Below are positions 14,201 to 29,399 of a stretch of 64,000 bases of DNA, piece after piece (the stretch's first letter is position 1; each line of letters begins with the position of its first letter). The position numbers and the translations under genes are program-made. The stretch lies in NCBI GenBank assembly GCA_012295275.1, contig CM022673.1, positions 19,406,001 to 19,470,000 on the forward strand, read 5' to 3'. This stretch comes from Chrysomallon squamiferum (lineage: Eukaryota; Animalia; Mollusca). The notes beneath the pieces are model-generated. The model was not told the origin of the DNA. It was given only the letters and a program-made list of their open reading frames with translations, and did no database searches.

Positions 14201-17200
14201 CAGTAGTACCTACTTCAACAGTTCCATCCATTAGCGTTAGCGGCACTGTAGTTTCAGGTAAATAATCTAGACAACACTTAATTATTTAATGCAAATTTCT
14301 CTTCCGTGCATACTCATCAGCACTGTTCTCTTCATACGATTTCGTTTTTCACATTTTTACGGCGATATTTTCCTCATCACCCTCGAAAAAAAATGTAACA
14401 TAAATTATTGATGCTTGTCGATTACCCTTTCAAATTATCACGAACTTACCGATTTTGATATATTGGGAACAACATTCTCTAGAAAATAATGATAAATTAT
14501 ATTAAGACATGTAGCTTCATGACACTTTCCTACGGTCATCCTGTTATCCAAAATAATCTACACGACTATTTTTCTTTATTGATGTAATTATTAGTTCTTC
14601 ACCTACCATTATACAATCCAACAGGCACACCACCAACTGCAGCTACCACTGGCCCAAGTGTAACACCTACTTCAGCAGTACTTAGCACCACGACCGTTCC
14701 ATTTGTCACTAGCGTGTCAGGTACGGCTACTTAAGCTATGATGTGAAATTGTTCTATCACCCACTTTCTGGATCATGTCTCTCCCATATACTTTAATCAT
14801 TTAAAGTCACGATATTGCTAGCCTCCCATGTTCGACTGAATTTTACTCTCTTTTTTGAAAATAATACATGTTCTTTATATCTTCGAAAACCTATACTCTC
14901 CTGTTTCCGATTAGAAAGCCGAATTTTACGCAGTTTCGATTTCATTTCCACCGTTTTCTTTTTAGTTCCAGCGACATCTGTAGTAAGTACAGTAGTACCT
15001 ACTTCAACAGTTCCATCCATTAGCGTTAGCGGCACTGTAGTTTCAGGTAAATAATCTAGACAACACTTAATTATTTAATGCAAATTTCTCTTCCGTGCAT
15101 ACTCATCAGCACTGTTCTCTTCATACGATTTCGTTTTTCACATTTTTTTTACGGCGATATTTTCCTCATCACCCTCGAAAAAATGTAACATAAATTATTG
15201 ATGCTTGTCGATTACCCTTTCAAATTATCACGAACTTACCGATTTTGATATATTGGGAACAACATTCTCTAGAAAATAATGATAAATTATATTAAGACAT
15301 GTAGCTTCATGACACTTTCCTACGGTCATCCTGTTATCCAAAATAATCTACACGACTATTTTTCTTTATTGATGTAATTATTAGTTCTTCACCTACCATT
15401 ATACAATCCAACAGGCACACCACCAACTGCAGCTACCACTGGCCCAAGTGTAACACCTACTTCAGCAGTACTTAGCACCACGACCGTTCCATTTGTCACT
15501 AGCGTGTCAGGTACGGCTACTTAAGCTATGATGTGAAATTGTTCTATCACCCACTTTCTGGATCATGTCTCTCCCATATACTTTAATCATTTAAAGTCAC
15601 GATATTGCTAGCCTCCCATGTTCGACTGAATTTTACTCTCTTTTTGAAAATAATACATGTTCTTTATATCTTCGAAAACCTATACTCTCCTGTTTCCGAT
15701 TAGAAAGCCGAATTTTACGCAGTTTCGATTTCATTTCCACCGTTTTCTTTTTAGTTCCAGCGACATCTGTAGTAAGTACAGTAGTACCTACTTCAACAGT
15801 TCCATCCATTAGCGTTAGCGGCACTGTAGTTTCAGGTAAATAATCTAGACAACACTTAATTATTTAATGCAAATTTCTCTTCCGTGCATACTCATCAGCA
15901 CTGTTCTCTTCATACGATTTCGTTTTTCACATTTTTACGGCGATATTTTCCTCATCACCCTCGAAAAAAAATGTAACATAAATTATTGATGCTTGTCGAT
16001 TACCCTTTCAAATTATCACGAACTTACCGATTTTGATATATTGGGAACAACATTCTCTAGAAAATAATGATAAATTATATTAAGACATGTAGCTTCATGA
16101 CACTTTCCTACGGTCATCCTGTTATCCAAAATAATCTACACGACTATTTTTCTTTATTGATGTAATTATTAGTTCTTCACCTACCATTATACAATCCAAC
16201 AGGCACACCACCAACTGCAGCTACCACTGGCCCAAGTGTAACACCTACTTCAGCAGTACTTAGCACCACGACCGTTCCATTTGTCACTAGCGTGTCAGGT
16301 ACGGCTACTTAAGCTATGATGTGAAATTGTTCTATCACCCACTTTCTGGATCATGTCTCTCCCATATACTTTAATCATTTAAAGTCACGATATTGCTAGC
16401 CTCCCATGTTCGACTGAATTTTACTCTCTTTTTGAAAATAATACATGTTCTTTATATCTTCGAAAACCTATACTCTCCTGTTTCCGATTAGAAAGCCGAA
16501 TTTTACGCAGTTTCGATTTCATTTCCACCGTTTTCTTTTTAGTTCCAGCGACATCTGTAGTAAGTACAGTAGTACCTACTTCAACAGTTCCATCCATTAG
16601 CGTTAGCGGCACTGTAGTTTCAGGTAAATAATCTAGACAACACTTAATTATTTAATGCAAATTTCTCTTCCGTGCATACTCATCAGCACTGTTCTCTTCA
16701 TACGATTTCGTTTTTCACATTTTTACGGCGATATTTTCCTCATCCCCCGAAAAAAAATGTAACATAAATTATTGATGCTTGTCGATTACCCTTTCAAATT
16801 ATCACGAACTTACCGATTTTGATATATTGGGAACAACATTCTCTAGAAAATAATGATAAATTATATTAAGACATGTAGCTTCATGACACTTTCCTACGGT
16901 CATCCTGTTATCCAAAATAATCTACACTACTATTTTTCTTTATTGATGTAATTATTAGTTCTTCACCTACCATTATACAATCCAACAGGCACACCACCAA
17001 CTGCAGCTACCACTGGCCCAAGTGTAACACCTACTTCAGCAGTACTTAGCACCACGACCGTTCCATTTGTCACTAGCGTGTCAGGTACGGCTACTTAAGC
17101 TATGATGTGAAATTGTTCTATCACCCACTTTCTGGATCATGTCTCTCCCATATACTTTAATCATTTAAAGTCACGATATTGCTAGCCTCCCATGTTCGAC

Positions 17201-20200
17201 TGAATTTTACTCTCTTTTTGAAAATAATACATGTTCTTTATATCTTCGAAAACCTATACTCTCCTGTTTCCGATTAGAAAGCCGAATTTTACGCAGTTTC
17301 GATTTCATTTCCACCGTTTTCTTTTTAGTTCCAACGACATCTGTAGTAAGTACAGTAGTACCTACTTCAACAGTTCCATCCATTAGCGTTAGCGGCACTG
17401 TAGTTTCAGGTAAATAATCTAGACAACACTTAATTATTTAATGCAAATTTCTCTTCCGTGCATACTCATCAGCACTGTTCTCTTCATACGATTTCGTTTT
17501 TCACATTTTTACGGCGATATTTTCCTCATCACCCTCGAAAAAAAATGTAACATAAATTATTGATGCTTGTCGATTACCCTTTCAAATTATCACGAACTTA
17601 CCGATTTTGATATATTGGGAACAACATTCTCTAGAAAATAATGATAAATTATATTAAGACATGTAGCTTCATGACACTTTCCTACGGTCATCCTGTTATC
17701 CAAAATAATCTACACGACTATTTTTCTTTATTGATGTAATTATTAGTTCTTAACCTACCATTATACAATCCAACAGGCACACCACCAACTGCAAGTGTAA
17801 CACCTACTTCAGCAGTACTTAGCACCACGACCGTTCCATTTGTCACTAGCGTGTCAGGTACGGCTACTTAAGCTATGATGTGAAATTGTTCTATCACCCA
17901 CTTTCTGGATCATGTCTCTCCCATATACTTTAATCATTTAAAGTCACGATATTGCTAGCCTCCCATGTTCGACTGAATTTTACTCTCTTTTTGAAAATAA
18001 TACATGTTCTTTATATCTTCGAAAACCTATACTCTCCTGTTTCCGATTAGAAAGCCGAATTTTACGCAGTTTCGATTTCATTTCCACCGTTTTCTTTTTA
18101 GTTCCAACGTCATCTGTAGTAAGTACAGTAGTACCTACTTCAACAGTTCCATCCATTAGCGTTAGCGGCACTGTAGTTTCAGGTAAATAATCTAGACAAC
18201 ACTTAATTATTTAATGCAAATTTCTCTTCCGTGCATACTCATCAGCACTGTTCTCTTCATACGATTTCGTTTTTCACATTTTTTTTACGGCGATATTTTC
18301 CTCATCACCCTCGAAAAAAAATGTAACATAAATTATTGATGCTTGTCGATTACCCTTTCAAATTAACACGAACTTACCGATTTTGATATATTGGGAACAA
18401 CATTCTCTAGAAAATAATGATAAATTATATTAAGACATGTAGCTTCATGACACTTTCCTACGGTCATCCTGTTATCCAAAATAATCTACACTACTATTTT
18501 TCTTTATTGATGTAATTATTAGTTCTTCACCTACCATTATACAATCCAACAGGCACACCACCAACTGCAGCTACCACTGGCCCAAGTGTAACACCTACTT
18601 CAGCAGTACTTAGCACCACGACCGTTCCATTTGTCACTAGCGTGTCAGGTACGGCTACTTAAGCTATGATGTGAAATTGTTCTATCACCCACTTTCTGGA
18701 TCATGTCTCTCCCATATACTTTAATCATTTAAAGTCACGATATTGCTAGCCTCCCATGTTCGACTGAATTTTACTCTCTTTTTGAAAATAATACATGTTC
18801 TTTATATCTTCGAAAACCTATACTCTCCTGTTTCCGATTAGAAAGCCGAATTTTACGCAGTTTCGATTTCATTTCCACCGTTTTCTTTTTAGTTCCAGCG
18901 ACATCTGTAGTAAGTACAGTAGTACCTACTTCAACAGTTCCATCCATTAGCGTTAGCGGCACTGTAGTTTCAGGTAAATAATCTAGACAACACTTAATTA
19001 TTTAATGCAAATTTCTCTTCCGTGCATACTCATCAGCACTGTTCTCTTCATACGATTTCGTTTTTCACATTTTTACGGCGATATTTTCCTCATCACCCTC
19101 GAAAAAATGTAACATAAATTATTGATGCTTGTCGATTACCCTTTCAAATTATCACGAACTTACCGATTTTGATATATTGGGAACAACATTCTCTAGAAAA
19201 TAATGATAAATTATATTAAGACATGTAGCTTCATGACACTTTCCTACGGTCATCCTGTTATCCAAAATAATCTACACTACTATTTTTCTTTATTGATGTA
19301 ATTATTAGTTCTTCACCTACCATTATACAATCCAACAGGCACACCACCAACTGCAGCTACCACTGGCCCAAGTGTAACACCTACTTCAGCAGTACTTAGC
19401 ACCACGACCGTTCCATTTGTCACTAGCGTGTCAGGTACGGCTACTTAAGCTATGATGTGAAATTGTTCTATCACCCACTTTCTGGATCATGTCTCTCCCA
19501 TATACTTTAATCATTTAAAGTCACGATATTGCTAGCCTCCCATGTTCGACTGAATTTTACTCTCTTTTTGAAAATAATACATGTTCTTTATATCTTCGAA
19601 AACCTATACTCTCCTGTTTCCGATTAGAAAGCCGAATTTTACGCAGTTTCGATTTCATTTCCACCGTTTTCTTTTTAGTTCCAGCGACATCTGTAGTAAG
19701 TACAGTAGTACCTACTTCAACAGTTCCATCCATTAGCGTTAGCGGCACTGTAGTTTCAGGTAAATAATCTAGACAACACTTAATTATTTAATGCAAATTT
19801 CTCTTCCGTGCATACTCATCAGCACTGTTCTCTTCATACGATTTCGTTTTTCACATTTTTACGGCGATATTTTCCTCATCACCCTCGAAAAAAAATGTAA
19901 CATAAATTATTGATGCTTGTCGATTACCCTTTCAAATTAACACGAACTTACCGATTTTGATATATTGGGAACAACATTCTCTAGAAAATAATGATAAATT
20001 ATATTAAGACATGTAGCTTCATGACACTTTCCTACGGTCATCCTGTTATCCAAAATAATCTACACTACTATTTTTCTTTATTGATGTAATTATTAGTTCT
20101 TCACCTACCATTATACAATCCAACAGGCACACCACCAACTGCAGCTACCACTGGCCCAAGTGTAACACCTACTTCAGCAGTACTTAGCACCACGACCGTT

Positions 20201-23200
20201 CCATTTGTCACTAGCGTGTCAGGTACGGCTACTTAAGCTATGATGTGAAATTGTTCTATCACCCACTTTCTGGATCATGTCTCTCCCATATACTTTAATC
20301 ATTTAAAGTCACGATATTGCTAGCCTCCCATGTTCGACTGAATTTTACTCTCTTTTTGAAAATAATACATGTTCTTTATATCTTCGAAAACCTATACTCT
20401 CCTGTTTCCGATTAGAAAGCCGAATTTTACGCAGTTTCGATTTCATTTCCACCGTTTTCTTTTTAGTTCCAGCGACATCTGTAGTAAGTACAGTAGTACC
20501 TACTTCAACAGTTCCATCCATTAGCGTTAGCGGCACTGTAGTTTCAGGTAAATAATCTAGACAACACTTAATTATTTAATGCAAATTTCTCTTCCGTGCA
20601 TACTCATCAGCACTGTTCTCTTCATACGATTTCGTTTTTCACATTTTTACGGCGATATTTTCCTCATCACCCTCGAAAAAAAAATGTAACATAAATTATT
20701 GATGCTTGTCGATTACCCTTTCAAATTAACACGAACTTACCGATTTTGATATATTGGGAACAACATTCTCTAGAAAATAATGATAAATTATATTAAGACA
20801 TGTAGCTTCATGACACTTTCCTACGGTCATCCTGTTATCCAAAATAATCTACACGACTATTTTTCTTTATTGATGTAATTATTAGTTCTTCACCTACCAT
20901 TATACAATCCAACAGGCACACCACCAACTGCAGCTACCACTGGCCCAAGTGTAACACCTACTTCAGCAGTACTTAGCACCACGACCGTTCCATTTGTCAC
21001 TAGCGTGTCAGGTACGGCTACTTAAGCTATGATGTGAAATTGTTCTATCACCCACTTTCTGGATCATGTCTCTCCCATATACTTTAATCATTTAAAGTCA
21101 CGATATTGCTAGCCTCCCATGTTCGACTGAATTTTACTCTCTTTTTGAAAATAATACATGTTCTTTATATCTTCGCAAAACCTATACTCTCCTGTTTCCG
21201 ATTAGAAAGCCGAATTTTACGCAGTTTCGATTTCATTTCCACCGTTTTCTTTTTAGTTCCAACGTCATCTGTAGTAAGTACAGTAGTACCTACTTCAACA
21301 GTTCCATCCATTAGCGTTAGCGGCACTGTAGTTTCAGGTAAATAATCTAGACAACACTTAATTATTTAATGCAAATTTCTCTTCCGTGCATACTCATCAG
21401 CACTGTTCTCTTCATACGATTTCGTTTTTCACATTTTTACGGCGATATTTTCCTCATCACCCTCGAAAAAAAATGTAACATAAATTATTGATGCTTGTCG
21501 ATTACCCTTTCAAATTAACACGAACTTACCGATTTTGATATATTGGGAACAACATTCTCTAGAAAATAATGATAAATTATATTAAGACATGTAGCTTCAT
21601 GACACTTTCCTACGGTCATCCTGTTATCCAAAATAATCTACACGACTATTTTTCTTTATTGATGTAATTATTAGTTCTTCACCTACCATTATACAATCCA
21701 ACAGGCACACCACCAACTGCAGCTACCACTGGCCCAAGTGTAACACCTACTTCAGCAGTACTTAGCACCACGACCGTTCCATTTGTCACTAGCGTGTCAG
21801 GTACGGCTACTTAAGCTATGATGTGAAATTGTTCTATCACCCACTTTCTGGATCATGTCTCTCCCATATACTTTAATCATTTAAAGTCACGATATTGCTA
21901 GCCTCCCATGTTCGACTGAATTTTACTCTCTTTTTGAAAATAATACATGTTCTTTATATCTTCGAAAACCTATACTCTCCTGTTTCCGATTAGAAAGCCG
22001 AATTTTACGCAGTTTCGATTTCATTTCCACCGTTTTCTTTTTAGTTCCAACGTCATCTGTAGTAAGTACAGTAGTACCTACTTCAACAGTTCCATCCATT
22101 AGCGTTAGCGGCACTGTAGTTTCAGGTAAATAATCTAGACAACACTTAATTATTTAATGCAAATTTCTCTTCCGTGCATACTCATCAGCACTGTTCTCTT
22201 CATACGATTTCGTTTTTCACATTTTTACGGCGATATTTTCCTCATCACCCTCGAAAAAAAATGTAACATAAATTATTGATGCTTGTCGATTACCCTTTCA
22301 AATTAACACGAACTTACCGATTTTGATATATTGGGAACAACATTCTCTAGAAAATAATGATAAATTATATTAAGACATGTAGCTTCATGACACTTTCCTA
22401 CGGTCATCCTGTTATCCAAAATAATCTACACGACTATTTTTCTTTATTGATGTAATTATTAGTTCTTCACCTACCATTATACAATCCAACAGGCACACCA
22501 CCAACTGCAGCTACCACTGGCCCAAGTGTAACACCTACTTCAGCAGTACTTAGCACCACGACCGTTCCATTTGTCACTAGCGTGTCAGGTACGGCTACTT
22601 AAGCTATGATGTGAAATTGTTCTATCACCCACTTTCTGGATCATGTCTCTCCCATATACTTTAATCATTTAAAGTCACGATATTGCTAGCCTCCCATGTT
22701 CGACTGAATTTTACTCTCTTTTTGAAAATAATACATGTTCTTTATATCTTCGAAAACCTATACTCTCCTGTTTCCGATTAGAAAGCCGAATTTTACGCAG
22801 TTTCGATTTCATTTCCACCGTTTTCTTTTTAGTTCCAACGTCATCTGTAGTAAGTACAGTAGTACCTACTTCAACAGTTCCATCCATTAGCGTTAGCGGC
22901 ACTGTAGTTTCAGGTAAATAATCTAGACAACACTTAATTATTTAATGCAAATTTCTCTTCCGTGCATACTCATCAGCACTGTTCTCTTCATACGATTTCG
23001 TTTTTCACATTTTTACGGCGATATTTTCCTCATCATCGACTAAAAAAAAAATGTAACATAAATTATTGATGCTTGTCGATTACCCTTTCAAATTAACACG
23101 AACTTACCGATTTTGATATATTGGGAACAACATTCTCTAGAAAATAATGATAAATTATATTAAGACATGTAGCTTCATGACACTTTCCTACGGTCATCCT

Positions 23201-26200
23201 GTTATCCAAAATAATCTACACGACTATTTTTCTTTATTGATGTAATTATTAGTTCTTCACCTACCATTATACAATCCAACAGGCACACCACCAACTGCAG
23301 CTACCACTGGCCCAAGTGTAACACCTACTTCAGCAGTACTTAGCACCACGACCGTTCCATTTGTCACTAGCGTGTCAGGTACGGCTACTTAAGCTATGAT
23401 GTGAAATTGTTCTATCACCCACTTTCTGGATCATGTCTCTCCCATATACTTTAATCATTTAAAGTCACGATATTGCTAGCCTCCCATGTTCGACTGAATT
23501 TTACTCTCTTTTTGAAAATAATACATGTTCTTTATATCTTCGAAAACCTATACTCTCCTGTTTCCGATTAGAAAGCCGAATTTTACGCAGTTTCGATTTC
23601 ATTTCCACCGTTTTCTTTTTAGTTCCAACGTCATCTGTAGTAAGTACAGTAGTACCTACTTCAACAGTTCCATCCATTAGCGTTAGCGGCACTGTAGTTT
23701 CAGGTAAATAATCTAGACAACACTTAATTATTTAATGCAAATTTCTCTTCCGTGCATACTCATCAGCACTGTTCTCTTCATACGATTTCGTTTTTCTCAT
23801 TTTTACGGCGATATTTTCCTCATCACCCTCGAAAAAAAATGTAACATAAATTATTGATGCTTGTCGATTACCCTTTCAAATTAACACGAACTTACCGATT
23901 TTGATATATTGGGAACAACATTCTCTAGAAAATAATGATAAATTATATTAAGACATGTAGCTTCATGACACTTTCCTACGGTCATCCTGTTATCTCAAAA
24001 TAATCTACACGACTATTTTTCTTTATTGATGTAATTATTAGTTCTTCACCTACCATTATACAATCCAACAGGCACACCACCAACTGCAGCTACCACTGGC
24101 CCAAGTGTAACACCTACTTCAGCAGTACTTAGCACCACGACCGTTCCATTTGTCACTAGCGTGTCAGGTACGGCTACTTAAGCTATGATGTGAAATTGTT
24201 CTATCACCCACTTTCTGGATCATGTCTCTCCCATATACTTTAATCATTTAAAGTCACGATATTGCTAGCCTCCCATGTTCGACTGAATTTTACTCTCTTT
24301 TTGAAAATAATACATGTTCTTTATATCTTCGAAAACCTATACTCTCCTGTTTCCGATTAGAAAGCCGAATTTTACGCAGTTTCGATTTCATTTCCACCGT
24401 TTTCTTTTTAGTTCCAACGTCATCTGTAGTAAGTACAGTAGTACCTACTTCAACAGTTCCATCCATTAGCGTTAGCGGCACTGTAGTTTCAGGTAAATAA
24501 TCTAGACAACACTTAATTATTTAATGCAAATTTCTCTTCCGTGCATACTCATCAGCACTGTTCTCTTCATACGATTTCGTTTTTCACATTTTTACGGCGA
24601 TATTTTCCTCATCACCCTCGAAAAAAAATGTAACATAAATTATTGATGCTTGTCGATTACCCTTTCAAATTAACACGAACTTACCGATTTTGATATATTG
24701 GGAACAACATTCTCTAGAAAATAATGATAAATTATATTAAGACATGTAGCTTCATGACACTTTCCTACGGTCATCCTGTTATCCAAAATAATCTACACGA
24801 CTATTTTTCTTTATTGATGTAATTATTAGTTCTTCACCTACCATTATACAATCCAACAGGCACACCACCAACTGCAGCTACCACTGGCCCAAGTGTAACA
24901 CCTACTTCAGCAGTACTTAGCACCACGACCGTTCCATTTGTCACTAGCGTGTCAGGTACGGCTACTTAAGCTATGATGTGAAATTGTTCTATCACCCACT
25001 TTCTGGATCATGTCTCTCCCATATACTTTAATCATTTAAAGTCACGATATTGCTAGCCTCCCATGTTCGACTGAATTTTACTCTCTTTTTGAAAATAATA
25101 CATGTTCTTTATATCTTCGAAAACCTATACTCTCCTGTTTCCGATTAGAAAGCCGAATTTTACGCAGTTTCGATTTCATTTCCACCGTTTTCTTTTTAGT
25201 TCCAACGTCATCTGTAGTAAGTACAGTAGTACCTACTTCAACAGTTCCATCCATTAGCGTTAGCGGCACTGTAGTTTCAGGTAAATAATCTAGACAACAC
25301 TTAATTATTTAATGCAAATTTCTCTTCCGTGCATACTCATCAGCACTGTTCTCTTCATACGATTTCGTTTTTCACATTTTTTTACGGCGATATTTTCCTC
25401 ATCACCCTCGAAAAAAAAAATGTAACATAAATTATTGATGCTTGTCGATTACCCTTTCAAATTAACACGAACTTACCGATTTTGATATATTGGGAACAAC
25501 ATTCTCTAGAAAATAATGATAAATTATATTAAGACATGTAGCTTCATGACACTTTCCTACGGTCATCCTGTTATCCAAAATAATCTACACGACTATTTTT
25601 CTTTATTGATGTAATTATTAGTTCTTCACCTACCATTATACAATCCAACAGGCACACCACCAACTGCAGCTACCACTGGCCCAAGTGTAACACCTACTTC
25701 AGCAGTACTTAGCACCACGACCGTTCCATTTGTCACTAGCGTGTCAGGTACGGCTACTTAAGCTATGATGTGAAATTGTTCTATCACCCACTTTCTGGAT
25801 CATGTCTCTCCCATATACTTTAATCATTTAAAGTCACGATATTGCTAGCCTCCCATGTTCGACTGAATTTTACTCTCTTTTTGAAAATAATACATGTTCT
25901 TTATATCTTCGAAAACCTATACTCTCCTGTTTCCGATTAGAAAGCCGAATTTTACGCAGTTTCGATTTCATTTCCACCGTTTTCTTTTTAGTTCCAACGT
26001 CATCTGTAGTAAGTACAGTAGTACCTACTTCAACAGTTCCATCCATTAGCGTTAGCGGCACTGTAGTTTCAGGTAAATAATCTAGACAACACTTAATTAT
26101 TTAATGCAAATTTCTCTTCCGTGCATACTCATCAGCACTGTTCTCTTCATACGATTTCGTTTTTCACATTTTTACGGCGATATTTTCCTCACCACCCTCG

Positions 26201-27623
26201 AAAAAAATGTAACAGAAATTATTGATGCTTGTCGATTACCCTTTCAAATTAACAGGAACATACCGATTTTGATATATTGGGAACAACATTCTCTAGAAAA
26301 TAATGATGAAAGCCGAGTTTTACTCAGTTTCGATTTCATTTCCACCGTTTTCTTTTTAGTTCCAGCGTCATCTGTAGTAAGTACAGTAGTACCTATTTCA
26401 ACAGTTCCATCCGTTAGCGTTAGCGGCACTGTAGTTTCAGGTAACTTAATTTATGCCACCTCAAATTATTTAATAGAATCTTCACGTTTTATACCATATG
26501 TTTCAGCTCTCTTGTCTGCATATCGCTTCTTTTCTCTTCCTTCCTTTGTCTACAGATGTGTTGCAAATTAATTGATACCTGTTTATTCTCGTTCCACATC
26601 ATCACCAATTTATGTTATAGATTCATCTGCACCGGGAAGAAACATTTTCGAGAAAAGTATAGTACAATTTTGTTAGATCCTTGGCTTTCTTACACTTTTT
26701 GGAATAGAATGTAAGGGAGATAATGTAGAGGATTATTTTAATTTATTGATGTAATTATTAGTTCTTCACAGCCATTGTACAATCCAACAGGTATATCACC
26801 AACTTCAGCTACCACTGGCCCAAGTTTCATACCTACTTTAGCAGTACTTAAAACAGCAACCGTTCCGTTTGTCACTAATGTGTGACATATTCATGTGTTC
26901 CTGTATTCCTCTTTATATTTTGAAAAAAGTTACGTTTATACAGGCTCTACTCCATTTCGTCTCTTTTCTTTTTAATTGCAATGTCATCTGTCGTCATGAA
27001 ATTTTATTGTCAGTGATGAAATCTTTTATTAATCCAGATACAGGTGTATTTGTATTAACTAATATCTTCTTGTTGATGTCTTACATTACGAGGATATTAT
27101 GTTATTCTTAGTTCGAAAGTGAAAATATGAATATTATAGAAGACTTTATATTAATTTTGACTGAAATGTCTTTCTTCGAAACGAAGATGAATAGGAATCA
27201 GGCTAAATTTTTTACTGTGTATCGTTATGGAAATCTGCCGTTTTAGAGCTCTACATCTTCGCGCTTTTTGCCCTTAATGTTTCTTTATATTATCGCTGTT
27301 AACACAGATGCAAAACTAATATTTGAACACTTTGGTAAAGTATAGCTGTTTAGTAAAGCATAACATTATGAATTTTAATAACGACGGCCCTTTACCGATT
27401 AGCAACAAGAAATCACATATCCAATATATTTAACAAAAAAAGTTACGAGTAGCTTCTAGAACGATAACTGATCTTTGAAAAGGGATAATTCTAAAACATT
27501 TCAACATTTCTAATATTGAAAATGAAAAATACAAGCCGTCATAATTTAGTTAGTTATGAAAAATTTTGAGAATATCATTATTAAGTATTTTATAGATATC
27601 GTACAAATTTAACAGATGATAAA

Positions 27624-27679
<56 letters not shown>

Positions 27680-28001
27680 ATACCACAGTCCGTTTAATCA
27701 CAATATATCTAATCTGAGCACAAAAACAGTCTTTGGTAAATAATAAAGAAATGAAAAAGAAAAAGAATTATAATAAATAAAAACTTTAAAAAATACATAT
27801 TCCCAAAGCTCCAACCTCTTCTCATTCTGAGACTTAAATGAGCTTTAACAATTAGACAAATATACTTTTTATTATTCTTTAACTTCTAACAATCAGTTTT
27901 AATATGCCTTTCTTACGACAGATGGACCATTCTTACAGAAAAAAGCGGTTTCCTTACACGAGAAATTTCATAAATGATATCTCTAATTTTTTATTTTTTT
28001 A

Positions 28002-28034
<33 letters not shown>

Positions 28035-28139
28035 TTTTTTTATCTGTTTTAATTGCCATAATTACTTTTATGAGCCAGCTCATATTCATCTGGTCTTTAA
28101 TTTTATATATAGTATATAATCTCTTTTAATGCAATATTA

Positions 28140-28196
<57 letters not shown>

Positions 28197-29103
28197 TATT
28201 TATTTATTTTTATTAATTAATTACTTGTTTTGAATTTTCAGTGTCACCTGAAAGTGAAAATTAACTTTATTACATTAATATTTTAGTCGTACCAACTTGC
28301 TGGGAAGCATGGGGCAGTTGGCAAGGAACGTGTAAAGAGGTGACATGCGACAGAACAGTTCGAACGAGAACTAGAGCATGTAAAACTAATTGTACTTGTG
28401 ATTCAGCTGGTGAAGCACAACAGGAACCATGTCCGACGACTTGCATATCATCTGGTAAATTGATTTTTATTTTATTAATTTAATGTTAATAGGTTAGATT
28501 CTAGGCATGGTGTTTTCTACTGACTGACTTTTAAGAATTAAACTGTGATGAACTGTTTAAAAAATATTTTAATGATTAAAATTTGAATAATCAGTATTAG
28601 TGAATTTATAATTAAATGACAGTTTTATAAATTTTTATTATTATTATTATTATCATCATTTATTTAGTTATTTATTTATTTGTTTACTTATTTATAATAC
28701 AGGGACGATGTTATTATTCATTTTTCATTTTAAGATCTATGTTAGAAATGATATTTGATAAAATGATCAATTCAAAAAAAAAATATATATATATATTTAA
28801 AAAAAGGAAATATTTAGTAAAGCCAAATATTTACAGCACTAAATTTGTATTAAGTGGATATTAAAACCAACAATAAATTATTTACAGTTATGCAGACGTG
28901 AAATAATCTGTTATTAAAAAATATTCATTTATACGATATTTTTAATGAAACAAGATTTGATCATTAAAATTTAGAAAAAATAATTTTATTTATCTTTGTA
29001 TGTGTTGGTGTTTTAAGGTCTTATGCGTCATTCAAAATACCGGGTTTTTCTTTTTCTTTTATTTCTTTTTTTATTTCTTTCTTTCTTCTTCTTCTTCTTC
29101 TTC

Positions 29104-29139
<36 letters not shown>

Positions 29140-29279
29140 GGATTATTTAAATTTGTGTACAATAATATAAATTATCTGAAAATATAGTAAATTGTTAATT
29201 AACAATATAAGGAAATTTGTATTTGTATTTTGTTGATTTCTTTTCTTTTTTCTTTCTTTTTTTTAACTCTTATTATTTC

Positions 29280-29320
<41 letters not shown>

Positions 29321-29357
29321 TCATAAATTTACTTTATTTATTAATTTATTATTAATA

Positions 29358-29399
<42 letters not shown>

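Larger units (their letters stand above)
11220..26440 (+). repeat. Tandem array of ~788-bp exon-intron units, 19 full copies plus a truncated 20th
   Basis: Exon E ends at 11893, 12681, 13469, 14257, 15046, 15835, 16623, 17409, 18182, 18973, 19759, 20547, 21337, 22125, 22913, 23703, 24492, 25280, 26072 and 26440. Confidence 0.97.

Noticed and set aside
11691-26061. Repeated 63-aa minus-strand ORFs (MPLTLMDG…)
   Set aside because: Antisense shadows of exon E plus intron; broken by intronic indels in some units; non-ATG starts
1-26440. Regular repeats as a CRISPR-like array or non-coding satellite
   Set aside because: Units are 788 and ~1780 bp with no unique spacers, and each contains spliceable in-frame exons
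26104-26571. 155-aa ORF
   Set aside because: Chance read-through of intron created by the junction deletion; only 26360-26440 is exon
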